The notes beneath the pieces were generated by a model, which saw only the letters and a list, made by a program, of their open reading frames with translations, made no database searches and was not told the DNA's origin. Below, one piece after another: positions 1-11,629 of a DNA stretch of 64,000 nt (within the stretch, counting starts at the first letter, position 1; each line of letters begins with the position of its first letter). Source of the stretch: Octopus vulgaris. Its lineage: Eukaryota. The translations under genes and the position numbers were made by a program. The stretch is from the NCBI GenBank assembly GCA_951406725.2, contig OX597825.1, positions 47,244,001 through 47,308,000 on the forward strand. Direction: 5' to 3'.

Positions 1-159
1 GCTTAGATAACATGAGAAAAAAAACATTCTTCTAAATTGATTGAAGCTTATTTGTACTTAATTATGTTTCTATTTTGTTTTATTTAATGTAGATTTTTAC
101 TGATTTATATAAATGTCTATAAAGAGATCTGGATAGAAATAGAAGCCAAGAAGCGTTTA

Positions 160-400
160 CGTGTATAAATTGTTTTGGAGATGTGGTCTAAGATGCCTGT
201 GTGAGAGCAATACTCTATTGTGGACCTCACCTGAACTTTGTAGAGTATCAATAATTATTGGAGGCTGAAAGGAAACTAGGAAGCGGTTCCAGCTGTCTGA
301 AGGAAGTTTTTCTCGGTAATAGTAAGACTGAACTGCTATTGTGAACGCGCTAGTTGATTGGTAATCATAATTAAGTGGGTCGTTGACCGATGACATTTAT
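160..400 (-). mobile_element. Decayed LINE 3' fragment (end of RT ORF, CR1/Jockey-like)
   Basis: Minus-strand translation (YYYREKLPSDSWNRFL..FQPP) loosely resembles the F.RT..LWN.LP C-terminal motif of non-LTR ORF2; highly degraded. Confidence 0.3.
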
Positions 401-592
401 TCATATTAATAGCATTTGCATTTTCTTACTATTAAATAAACAGCTTGGTATTGCACATTTCTAAGCTGTTTTAAACTCTGACTCTTGTATAAAATAACTT
501 TTTTCTCAGATTCTGACATCTGACACCGATTATTTTAAGAGAAAACTTTATCACTACGTAAACGGAATACGATTGTAAACAGTGCATAACTG

Positions 593-1030
593 CTACCTAC
601 CTACCTACCTACCTACCTACCTACCTACCTACCTACCTACTGCGTCGTCCGCAAAAGAACACCGTGAACCAATCCTCCAGAATTCCTTCTACTGCACTGC
701 TCTTCATAGGCCAGTCTTCAGTAGACCAGAGTCTTCAACCAGTTGGTCGATCATATCCTGGGAAGACAACCCCAAGGTTGCTTTCCATGTGCTGGTCCCC
801 ACATAAGCATTTGACTCAAAACATCGTTCTTGCTACGAAAAAAGTCCACAGGATCTCAGTGTTCTTTAGACTATAGTGGAGGTAGACTCAAAAGATTACT
901 ATAAAGTACCTGGTTTCATGGATGGGACTTTTATTTGAAGTAAATTGCCCCTCTCAGAAGTCTTGTCGATGTTCCATCTGGTCTTCTTTGCTTACAGTAA
1001 AAAGTGGATAGATTCTACACTAAGAGTGTT
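593..1030 (-). mobile_element. RTE-clade LINE 3' end with (TAGG)n tail
   Basis: Minus strand reads LMWGPAHGKQPWG, then after a frameshift IDQLVEDSGL..RAV..KEFWR. This matches the LW.P..G.R..GRP...Y.DQL..D.G motif of RTE-type ORF2 ends, and it abuts the (CCTA)n tract at 593-640. Confidence 0.6.
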
Positions 1031-1110
1031 TTGACCAAGAACGAAAAATATAATTTATCGGAGTCGCTCACCTTGTTAAAAAAGATAATGCATCATCTGA
1101 ACATTTCCTG

Positions 1111-1198
<88 letters not shown>

Positions 1199-1215
1199 GC
1201 CTATCTGTCTGTCTG
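1111..1215. repeat. (ATCT)n/(GTCT)n microsatellite
   Basis: Direct reading; similar tracts at 5668-5830 and 50797-50870. Confidence 0.95.
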
Positions 1216-1320
1216 TCAATATATACACACATACATGCACACACACACACTCACACACACATGCACACACACACATACAATTATAATATATCTATATAAA
1301 ACAGAAGAAACTAAAGTCAC

Positions 1321-1914
1321 CAAGAAGGAGTACGATTGGACAGTTATTTTCAAATCACTACAATTGTTTCTACCCAACGTGGTTCTCCAAAACTACAGGT
1401 ATTTGATTATGCAACTGTTTGCATAATGAGGTCCAGTTGTGTTTCCTCAAGTGTTGTCTCCGTTAGTTTGATATCCTCGACTTCAAGGCCATCCTATCCG
1501 TCCGTCTTGGTTTGAATTTTGCAGTAATTGGTAGATTTATGATGTTTGCTGTCAGAGTGTGTTTTCTGGACTATTACGAGTGGTAGTGGATGGCTGTTTT
1601 GGTACCGGCTGATCGCTGATCTGTTATTCAGGATTGACTTTCAATGCAAATTTTAGTTGCTGACCTTCAGTATTCAGTGGTCCGATAAATACACACATGC
1701 ACACACAGATACCCACATACAAACAAACCTCTCACACACAAACAAACCTATGTGTATATGACTGTATACACACACAAATACACTCACATATACACAGATA
1801 CACATACATTCGGATACATACACACATACACTTACAGACTCACACAAAAAGAAACCTACGAGTGGAAACAACTGTAGTGATTAAAAAATAACTGCCCAAC
1901 TGTACTCCTTCTTG
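1321..1914. mobile_element. PLE-type repeat with ~65-bp inverted ends and a degenerate hammerhead
   Basis: 1321-1388 is an imperfect reverse complement of 1852-1914. Both arms carry the GAAA-CAA(T/C)TG-TA hammerhead half, with a palindromic stem III in the left copy. Confidence 0.5.
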
Positions 1915-2072
1915 TTGATTCCAATTTCTTCAATTTTATATTCACACACGTCGAATACCCAAACATAAAGCTGGAAGTGTATAATAATGCTACAGGATAG
2001 TATTGGGCAATTCTGAGAGTGGACGAGCTTTATACTGTACTCTGCCACGTTCCTAACGGAATATACCATAAC

Positions 2073-2137
<65 letters not shown>

Positions 2138-2187
2138 ATGTATGTGTGTGTGTATGTATGTATGTATGTATGTATGAATGTATGTAC

Positions 2188-2245
<58 letters not shown>

Positions 2246-2276
2246 GGGTAAATAATTATCAACTTTTAAAAAAATA

Positions 2277-2938
2277 ACAATTATTTTCTGGTAGATTTCG
2301 GTATGTAAATATAACCATTATCGGTAGGAACTTTTTAAAAAAAAGTTATATATATATAAATAACCTGTTGTCTTCCCCTTTTTATTTATATATATATAGA
2401 ATTTTTTTAAGAAAGTTCCTACTGATAATGGTTATATTTACATACCGAAATATCCCCGAAAATAATTGTTGGTTTTTTTTTTAATTAATAATTATTTATC
2501 CTTATATTATTAATAATGCAATTTTCACTCCCTTATGACAATCCATAGTTCTATTTCTAAGGAACTATTTTTGCGACGTACATGGTAAAATTTTGGAGGG
2601 AAAGTACGAATTCATTCATCTATATGGATTTAGCCTATGCTAGCTATCTTCTACTATTCCGATGACGCTGGCTCGGGAAGCGGAGGATATGTATAGCATT
2701 TGAGAAATCTATCTGAGTGGAGTGTTACGTTGAGAAAGGTAATGAATTGATTTATAATTCTAATCCAGAAACGCGTCCGTAACTAACCCATAGACTCTGT
2801 TTTCGTTATTTTTTTCTTCTGTTTTACATATGTCAATTACATGGATATGGAGTCTTATTTGTCGAAAATAGAAATAAACAGTCTTTGATTGCTATTTCTA
2901 ATTTTTCGGTATGTGGGTAAGCAACCCGTTGCCTGCCC

Positions 2939-2942
<4 letters not shown>
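2277..2942. mobile_element. Non-autonomous PLE-like repeat with inverted pseudo-LTR modules (same family as 39420-39905)
   Basis: 2277-2341 is an inverted copy of 2401-2470. Modules 2520-2560 and 2760-2940 recur at 39863-39905 and, inverted, at 39520-39710. Degenerate CTGATAA-T-GGT..ACC-GAAA hammerhead-like motif. Confidence 0.6.
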
Positions 2943-3001
<59 letters not shown>

Positions 3002-3457
3002 CAATAAGATTGGATCGTATACGAGTGGGTATATATTTGTAAAAAAGAAGTTTGAAAATGCCACTATATTAGATAAATTTTAATTTTTACATGTTTCGGT
3101 TCTTGAAATAACGAACCTTATCAAAAATAATTTTTTTATAATAAAGCGTATAAGGAAATAGTTCATAATTGTTTCATACATTCAATAGAGTCCATGCTAT
3201 ATACATAAAAAGTATAATGGAATAGTTGATAATTGTTACATACATTCAATAGAGTCCATGCTATATACAATCAATAGAATCCATGTTCTTGAAAAACGTC
3301 ATCAATTTTTTAACGAATCAGAATTAGACCTGACCCATAACTGTATCTTGTAGGGAAACCAATCAAGCATGGCGACAAGCTTGACCACTGGGGTAAAACG
3401 TCATCAATTTTTTGACTAATCAAAATCAGATCTGTTCGCAGAGAATATATATATATT

Positions 3458-4010
3458 CTAGCTGAATGACCGGGCGTTGCCCAGCTTACTGCTGTTGTTA
3501 TTCAGATTAATAAGCAATATGAAGATACATTTTTCTCATAATTATTTAAAAACATCTATATTTTATTTAAAAAAATCAAAATTGTAATGCTAATAGAAGT
3601 TAGAACTGAAAATCTGTCAATCTTAAAACACCTCAGTGTTGATTGTGTAACTTTTTGTAGGTGTCCAAATGAATAAATTATCGCTGCTTCCAACTCGTGA
3701 GCAAGCAGCATGCGGGTGAAGCATGTAATACAGAGATCACGTCCAACTACCTTAAAGGATTGACCTTGAGATTTGTTGATTGAAATAGCAAATCTTAGTT
3801 TGACTGGAAACTGAAACCTCTTAAATTCAAATAGAACATCTGTAGGTATGGGAGGAATTTTCGGAATAAAAGCATTTTCTCCTTTGTGAGTACCTGTTAC
3901 GATTGTTGCCTCTAGGACATGGGGCTTAGTGGAAGTAACAATTAAGCGAGTTCCATTATGTTCCTAAGCAACATAATGGGGACACCCAGCTTTAGTATAA
4001 ATGTGTGCTA
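3458..4010 (-). mobile_element. Helitron 3' portion: Pif1 helicase C-terminal pseudogene plus terminal hairpin and CTAG end
   Basis: Minus strand reads LKLGVPIMLLRN..NGTRLIV..HVLEATIVTG..GENAFIPKIP..FEFKRFQFPVKLRFAISINKSQGQS..ACSRV. A GGGC-AAC-GCCC hairpin lies ~10 nt before the terminal CTAG at 3458-3461. Confidence 0.9.
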
Positions 4011-4545
4011 GTGTTTAATAACGTACCTAACGAACACGCAAACACTCAAGCACACAGACATACACACTGATATAGAAAATGCGACGACAGTAACATACAT
4101 AGTGTAAGACAGACACTTACAAACATATATAACTTTACACCTCATTGTTTTTGTCTATCGTCACATGTATATGTATGCATAGACCGTGTGTTTTAATCCA
4201 AATGAAGATAAAAATTACCACACATACACACACATGCACTCTCACATACAGTCACATACATATAATTTGACAGACTCACATAGACATACATTCACGCATG
4301 TCAGTCGTCATATGTGAATATGTGCATCTGTATGTGTAAATGTGCGTTTTATAACGTATCTAACGTGGAAACACACACACAGTCACAGACACATATGCAC
4401 TCATACACTCACACACATATACATACACTGTGGCATACACTCACATACATATAGTAAGACAGACGCACACAGATATACGTAGCTTTTCCCCACATTGCTT
4501 CTTTTAGTCGTCACATATGTATATGTATGAGTAGAAGTATATGAG
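4010..4545. repeat. Imperfect two-copy tandem repeat (~330-bp period) adjoining the Helitron
   Basis: Blocks TAACGTA(C/T)CTAACG, GTAAGACAGAC and TCGTCACAT recur in the same order at ~4020-4170 and ~4352-4520. Confidence 0.55.
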
Positions 4546-4802
4546 TCGCAAACACCTGCAATTATTGATTGCTGTTTCGTAAAGAGATTTGTTAGTTCGT
4601 TACATTGTTTTTTACTGTTGTCTGGTTATCATATTTGTTGTACGTAACAAATTACATTACATCACACACACACATATACATGCATATATGTGTATATATA
4701 TATATTTATATATATACATACATATATATATATATATATAAATGTACATACATGTGTGTATACGTACATACATACATACATACATACATTCATACTTACG
4801 TA

Positions 4803-5650
4803 CTAGGTGTTCAAGCTAAATTTGACAGTTTGCATACAAATAATGAAAAATATCCCATTCAAAAATAATGTATCTTTTAAAAAAATCAAAAATATTAACT
4901 ACATAATGGCTGGGAGATAACAGTTTACGCAAAGTAACGGCCATCAGCTTTCGCTACATCCTGAACACACAGTTCCGGAACCTGATGCATATAGTCATCA
5001 CCTGTGTATCTGGGAAAATCTGTGAACACCTCCTTCATCTGGGTCACCAGCTCGGCTTTGGTGTTATAGACAGCGCGTTTGGTGTCTATCTCAACCACAC
5101 CCACACATAATAAGCCATGAGTTTACAATGGGAGGAGTTAAGAGGCCACAAATTAGGAGTGGAGTAGTGGTAGAAATTCTCCGACAATTACTTCTGACTC
5201 TTTCTGGAGCTACGTCAAGAAGCCGAATCCTGCTGCCACACATATAGACTTCCAGAAGTAACCTTCTTCAACCAGGGATTAACTGTAGTACTATAGTCTC
5301 TAGCAACTTCCCGTTGCTGTCTGAATTGAGCCTAAGGCCCTGTTCAAAGGTGTGGGGATGGATTCTTGCGTGTAAACGCAGTTAGAACACCTGCTATTTC
5401 CCTCCCTATACGCAGTTTCCGTTACAGCTCTCATATCACGTCTTACAGCCTTTACAAGGTTCACGGAGCACTGAGTAGCAGCCATAATACCGGCATTTTG
5501 ACAGCCGACCATAACCATTATGATACCGGTAACTCGTTTCCAATATTCAGATGGCTTCCAGTAGTCTGTATCAGCTACTATTTTCATAACTACAAGTTTA
5601 ATCTTCATGGTCTCCAACGCCTTGACTGTTTACCAATGCATGAATCTCTT
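4803..5650 (-). mobile_element. Decayed, internally deleted Tc1/mariner of maT (DD37D-like) type
   Basis: Minus strand: N-terminal WKPSEYWKR..G..N..I similar to the element at 45256-46156. Catalytic region reads YVWQQDSA..SENFY..PNLWPLNS..YYVWGVVE..NTKAEL. Confidence 0.75.
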
Positions 5651-5667
5651 CCAGAAGAAATTAGAGA

Positions 5668-5747
<80 letters not shown>

Positions 5748-5762
5748 GTCTGTCTGTCTGCC

Positions 5763-5807
<45 letters not shown>

Positions 5808-6169
5808 GTTTGTCTGTCTGTCTATCTGTCCGTCTTGCCTGCCTAAGTATTAAATAATCGAACTAAGGAAAAACTGGAAATGACAGAAAAATTATTGTTT
5901 GAATGTTTACTGAAGTTTGTAACTAACTACAGTCTTGATAAAATTTGAAAACATGCTTATATATACATATCATAGTATTTGCAAATGTATATAATTTATT
6001 AGTACTTCCATATTAATACACTTTATTTTCTTGTAAGAATAGGGTTCATCAGATTGCATATTTAAATATATACGTATGTACCTGTGTGAGTATAGGTATC
6101 AAGTTTATATAATTGTAAAGAAACGGATTCAGATATTGATACAATTTTTTTTTCTCTTCAGTGAAACAT

Positions 6170-7400
6170 CCCATATTTGAAAACTTATACAGTGTCTCAT
6201 TCTTCAGATGAACAACTACACTCACTCTGCCGACAAGCGTCCCATCCCAATTTTAATATGTTAAAGACGTTGGAGACAACAGTTAACGACTTACTTGTCT
6301 AGCATCCAGCGTATTCCTTTTTTTTCTTTTTTATATAGCCAGATTGCTGAAAATCTATGTTCATATAACAAACCAGTAGGCTCTTACCCTCAAGAAATCT
6401 CATAGTGAAAGTAGTCGTGGTGCTCCCAACTTCAGTAAAGTTTTTTCACGCTAATCTAACAAAACCATCTCTGGGATTCATTCGTTGCTTGCTTCTTACT
6501 CTACTGAAGATTGAACTGATATACCTACTCCTCTCATCCGTCCAATTTTCACTCTGACGTGGCTAGAGTTCGGTTTTCTATGGCATTTCTTCCTTGCACC
6601 TATTTTCCGTCACCTTCAAACAACTCCCACTTCTAAACAGATATCTTATATTTTTACCTAACCAGGCTTCACCCGTAAGCACTGTAGAAATTTCCCACCA
6701 AATCTTCGTTGACTCCCTGAATAGAGAGCTCGAGAACATCTTTCTATAGTGTCATGCCGCCTTCAGTATCAAAAAGACAATCCCTTCACATTTCAAGCAT
6801 CTACGCCACCTCAACACGAACGGTACACAATGAAAACCGTCACAATCACTTCAAATGCTAAGTCTAATTAACACAGGAATTTTTCTGATAAACACACATT
6901 TTTCTGATAAACACACATCATCAACAAAAACTATATCGCAAATACTGGCATTACCCATCAGAGTCAGAGAATATTTCTGCTTCCAAAAACTACTGATCGT
7001 CTACAAATTTCAGAGGCGACATTAATGTTGCATTTGAAGCTGTGCTTGATGGCAAATTGTTGCCACACCTGGGACGGTGTTACAGATACACATGCAGACG
7101 TTCTAAACTGCATCCTTGTGTCTCAAATCCACAAACATGCTTTCTCTTCTCTGTATTTTCTGCTGCTACTATAGTAGCCCCTGCTCTTCAGTGCTGGTTG
7201 GCCTCACGCCACCTTCACTCAGGGACTCCAAACTCACAAGTCTCCTCTCATTACATAATATTCTGGAATTTCCTCTTTGTACATATTTCCATCAGGTCAT
7301 TGTTTTGCAACTGGTTTAAGAGGAACGTAGGGTGCTCCAATGTCACTGGTTTCGGAAGGTCAGCAAGATCCATGGGCTTACGCATTTTTATAGATTGAAC
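6170..7400 (+). mobile_element. Decayed LINE (CR1/Jockey-like) ORF2 3' half and tail
   Basis: Fragmentary IVYKFQ.R and SLLCIF.CYY..PCSS.L.GL.PP motifs. The 3' tail resembles the minus-strand tail of the LINE at 11630-14250. Confidence 0.55.
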
Positions 7401-8318
7401 TATAAAAAGATAAAATAAATTACAACTCTCGTTTTATTTTAGTTTTAAGTGTATTACAATTTGGCATTTCTTCCAAACTTCTTAGGAATGTATTTGAAAC
7501 TATCTACCATTCGTATCTAAATGTCAACATCCAAATCAATAATGATAACAACAGTTTTCAGTCGGGAGATACGTTGCTTATTGATTATTTCACGAGACAA
7601 CTGAAGCAAAATAGAAAACTGGGAGAGAATTGTGAATTTATTTCTGGTATTCAATTTGTGAGTATATTTGAATAGAGAGAAATGAATTTGGCTAGGAAAT
7701 TTTTTAAATGCTCAAAAGTCTGCGTAAATATTTAATTAATCCAATCAAGTTAATCTAATTAAATTTAACATTGCTATGATTAGGGCCATATGAATAAAGC
7801 AAGCTGACTTACGCTTATAATTAATAGCAAATGAGAAAACTGAGCAAGAGCCAGAAAATTTTGAAAGAAAAGTTTCTTGGCATTAATTAATCGATAATAA
7901 AGAATTCATTTAAGATTTTTTGATATATTATCTCATTTGGGGATGTTGTGCTTGATGAAGGAGATATGAGATGCACATTACCATTGATTACTTCGTAACC
8001 ATGTACACGGTAAACTAAATATCCTGTACAATATACGCACAGTAGCTATGTGTACATTGTGTATAATCGACACGTCACTTGATTGATGTAAATATTAATT
8101 TTTTCCTTTTCCATTTCCATGTTTTGTATAAAATCCCTTCCAAAAAGGTTCGCAGTTCTTAATGAGAAAAACAAATTATTCCTTATTTTTTCAACTAAAT
8201 TTTACATGTCAATCTATGCTATCTAACTATATTTTCATAATCATTCACTGCTTTATATGTTTTTGAAATTATTAATTATTTCAAAATAAGCTCTGACCAA
8301 TTATTTTTTTTGTTTCAG

Positions 8319-8650
8319 GTCGAGAACTGATTGCTCCTGAGAAATTTTCCCTAAAAGCTGAAGAAATCGTCTTTGTAAGCCTCGTGGTTATTGTGTGGAT
8401 TGTGTCGGTAGTAGTATTCCTTAAAAAATGGGACAATATTCGGATTCTAGAACCGATGGAACCACGCTACCGACATGCGCCAAAAAACTTAGAGAGTATT
8501 CGCATTGTCAAACGGCCGCAAGATAGCGTTATTTACAAGAATTACGGAAGGAAAATGTCTATTACCATGCTAGAAAGAGAGAAGAAGCGTCTAGAGAGGA
8601 TGAATACTCTTCCAACAATAGAAATGGAGGAGATTTCCACAGAAATATGA
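8319..8650 (+). CDS. Terminal coding exon of an FNDC4/FNDC5-like (DUF4808-type) single-pass membrane protein; upstream exons not identified
   Basis: Polypyrimidine tract and acceptor ttttttttgtttcag|GT (phase 1). Uninterrupted frame RELIAPEKFSLKAEEIVFVSLVVIVWIVSVVVFLKKWDNIRILEPMEPRY...EISTEI*. The EE-hydrophobic-W-hydrophobic-F..W..IR.LEP pattern matches the FNDC4/5-family TM/juxtamembrane motif. Confidence 0.8.
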
Positions 8651-9726
8651 CCATTATTTACCGCATGGGAGGATTGCCCATGCGGTGAAGACATTTGACA
8701 AATAACTTTATTAAAAGACTGAGAAATATTAAATAATTGAGAAAATATATAAGGCGAAATATTTTGCGACATTTTCACTGCAAAATAAGGAAAACGATGT
8801 AAATAGTTGTCTTAATTTAACAAAGAGATAGTTCTCAATTGATTCAGAAAATTTGTACCCATTTATACAATGAGTTAGTTATTACTTTAAGACATTTTAA
8901 CAGTTACAAACAAAATTAGGTAGTTTTAGCAGTTATTTGAAACGCAGTTTTTGTGTTTTTATTAGAAATTATTGTCTCCTGTTTTCAAAAACGTTCAATT
9001 CACATATGCCATTTATGTCTTCTGATTAGAATTAGGTTCAAATATAATATATATAAATATACAAATTACTTATTTATAAGACAAAAATACGTCTAAATAT
9101 ATTTATACCAAAAAGTATGTATAAATATACATAGACGAAGATCATCTGTACATACTTTAGGTTTTGCTTGCTGTTAAACGAATTCCATGGAAGAAACGAC
9201 ATCCAAAGATGAAATAACCTAGATGTACTTTTTAATTATTTTATATAACTAATCATTTTGAAAACATTCATTGGAACAATGGCTTTGTACATTCACATTG
9301 AACAGATTATACATTCAAGTTGATGGTCTTACTCCATCTAGTAGTTGTATAACATTAGGTCAGCTTTGATCCAGCTCCCTAAGGTACATATGTAGTGGAC
9401 AGAACAACCTGTTGTCACTTTACACCAAGTTTTCTGTAAACGTGTACATTTTTTATAGAAAATGTTCAATATCTGGAAATATAACATAAAAAAACTTATG
9501 GAACAGTGGAATGGTGCAACATTCGCGTCTTTCCCTAGGGACATAACATCATAAATGAATACAACGTCTTCAAATGAGATTCCAAACCGTTTCGTGCATT
9601 TGGCACTCAAACAGCCCCTATCTTACTCTGTAGGGCACTCTTAACGAAAGAATATTGTAAGGACTACTTGAACAAATATATAACAAATACAGATTTCTGT
9701 ATAAGATGCAACTGTTTATAAAACAG

Positions 9727-9806
<80 letters not shown>

Positions 9807-10700
9807 GTGAATGTATATGTTTGTGTGCGTGTACGTGTGTGTGTATGTGTATGTATATATATATATATATAAATCATATATCTCATAGTGATAATTTTAT
9901 ATAGCTGCCTTTTTCCTAAACACACCTATCACAGACATAATCGAAACAAACTATTATACAAATATGCCACATTTATAAATCCAGTAGTAAAAGTGCCGCC
10001 CTATTATCTATTGAGAGATAGGGAAAAGTTCAAGGAAATGAAACAAAATAAGCTGTCCACGAGTAAAACTGATGTTCAGTCCCACCAAAGCACATCCATA
10101 AAAAGATATAACATATTTTTTATAGGTAAAAAAAAATATATTTTTCGATCCACTGTTGTTGACTTTTTTCGCACAATTTGGATTGAATAAAATTATTTAA
10201 TGGATTCTTAAAAACTATATGAAAATGGTATTAGTAAAATTGATTTGCTAGTCAAAATTCAATTTGCAATCTATATTTGAATATTAACTTTCCTGAATTC
10301 AGGTAGGTAAGTGTTAAGTGTTAAAACGACAGTTTATAATTTTTGGTATCAGTCAGTTAAGAATGTCAATATATTAATCCACTTTAATCTGTCGCTCGGT
10401 TTAACACCACTACCTGGCCCATGGGTGCCTTTATCAGAGTTCACTATTGCAAGCATTCTGCCCCAGATCTCCTGCTTGAGGATATTTCCTTTTCTCCTAA
10501 CAGAGAATGTATCATGAAATAGGTATTTTTATTAAAAATTTATTCGGTTATTGTTAAATGGAAAATAAAACGTGTTTTTCTCAGAACATCTAATTAAAGT
10601 TACGAAAATTAGAATAACTAAATTTGTGTAACTATTTATTTAGTATTAATAGCTTTAATTCTACAAAGCATTAAATTCAAATAAAATACTTCAAAAGAAA
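8651..10700 (+). other. Probable long AT-rich 3' UTR with candidate AATAAA signals
   Basis: Unique, TE-poor sequence after the stop codon; AATAAA near 10186, 10564, 10680 and 10698; true end unknown. Confidence 0.4.
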
Positions 10701-10842
10701 TAAAAGAATTGCTTAAAACACCATATGATATGTATTTTAAAATGTAAATTGTTCGAAGTATTATCAATTAATCATTTTAAAACTATGAAACATCCTTCAA
10801 ATCGAAGTATACGTTATCATATCAACTGACAGGTTGAACTTC

Positions 10843-10886
10843 AGTTATCATACTTACGTAACTATTGTTACGTAAGTATGATAACT
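10843..10886. repeat. Perfect 20-bp inverted repeat with a 4-nt loop
   Basis: AGTTATCATACTTACGTAAC-TATT-GTTACGTAAGTATGATAACT. Confidence 0.95.
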
Positions 10887-11629
10887 TCTACAAGTATCTC
10901 TCGAAGTAGGTTATTTGGTCAAAAACAAAAATTGCTGACAGAAGCGATATTTTGAAATATAAACGTTGTATTATTGGTTGCTGTAAATGGTGGATATAGT
11001 TGCATAAATAGAATCAAAGTCGGTTATATTTAACTTTAATTTCACTAAAACCTCTCAGACAATCGATTTTACATCACTCAGTAAAATAAAGTGCCAAATC
11101 CTCTACAGTATATCTCGGAAGTAGCGAATCTTAAACAGCACAAGGGAGATACATCAGAGTATAATGTTGAAAATAAAATAGTAAAACCTCATGGTAGGAA
11201 GTTCAGAAGAAAGGAGAACTTTAAAAGTTTTGGGAGTTTCAGTCATGAAACTCAGGCAGGAACTTCAAAATAGAAATAATTTTCCTAAGATTAAGCGAAT
11301 ATTTGTCATGCTTGCAGCATAAGTCTCACGTGTTGTATAATAAATGTGTGGTCTTTAATGTCTACAGAGGGTATAGATATAACAGTCCTAGTACGTCTTC
11401 TCTGTCATAAAGAAAAGGCTTGCTTTGTGTAATTATAAAACAACGTAAATTAGTATTTCTTAAGAGAAAACTGAGGAAACTCAGTTAAATGAAATTTAAC
11501 ACCTAAATGAATCATATAGAATATAAATGACAGTTTGCGGTAAACATATCGGTATGGACAAGATTATGTTTTAAATATGAAATGACCAAAGATAAACAGC
11601 AGATCTTTACTTTACTTGAAGGGTGTGGA

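Noticed and set aside
3170-3435. Short direct repeats with spacers, superficially CRISPR-like (also 21580-21620 and 6880-6918)
   Set aside because: Only 2-3 irregular copies, eukaryotic context and no cas genes; local tandem duplications
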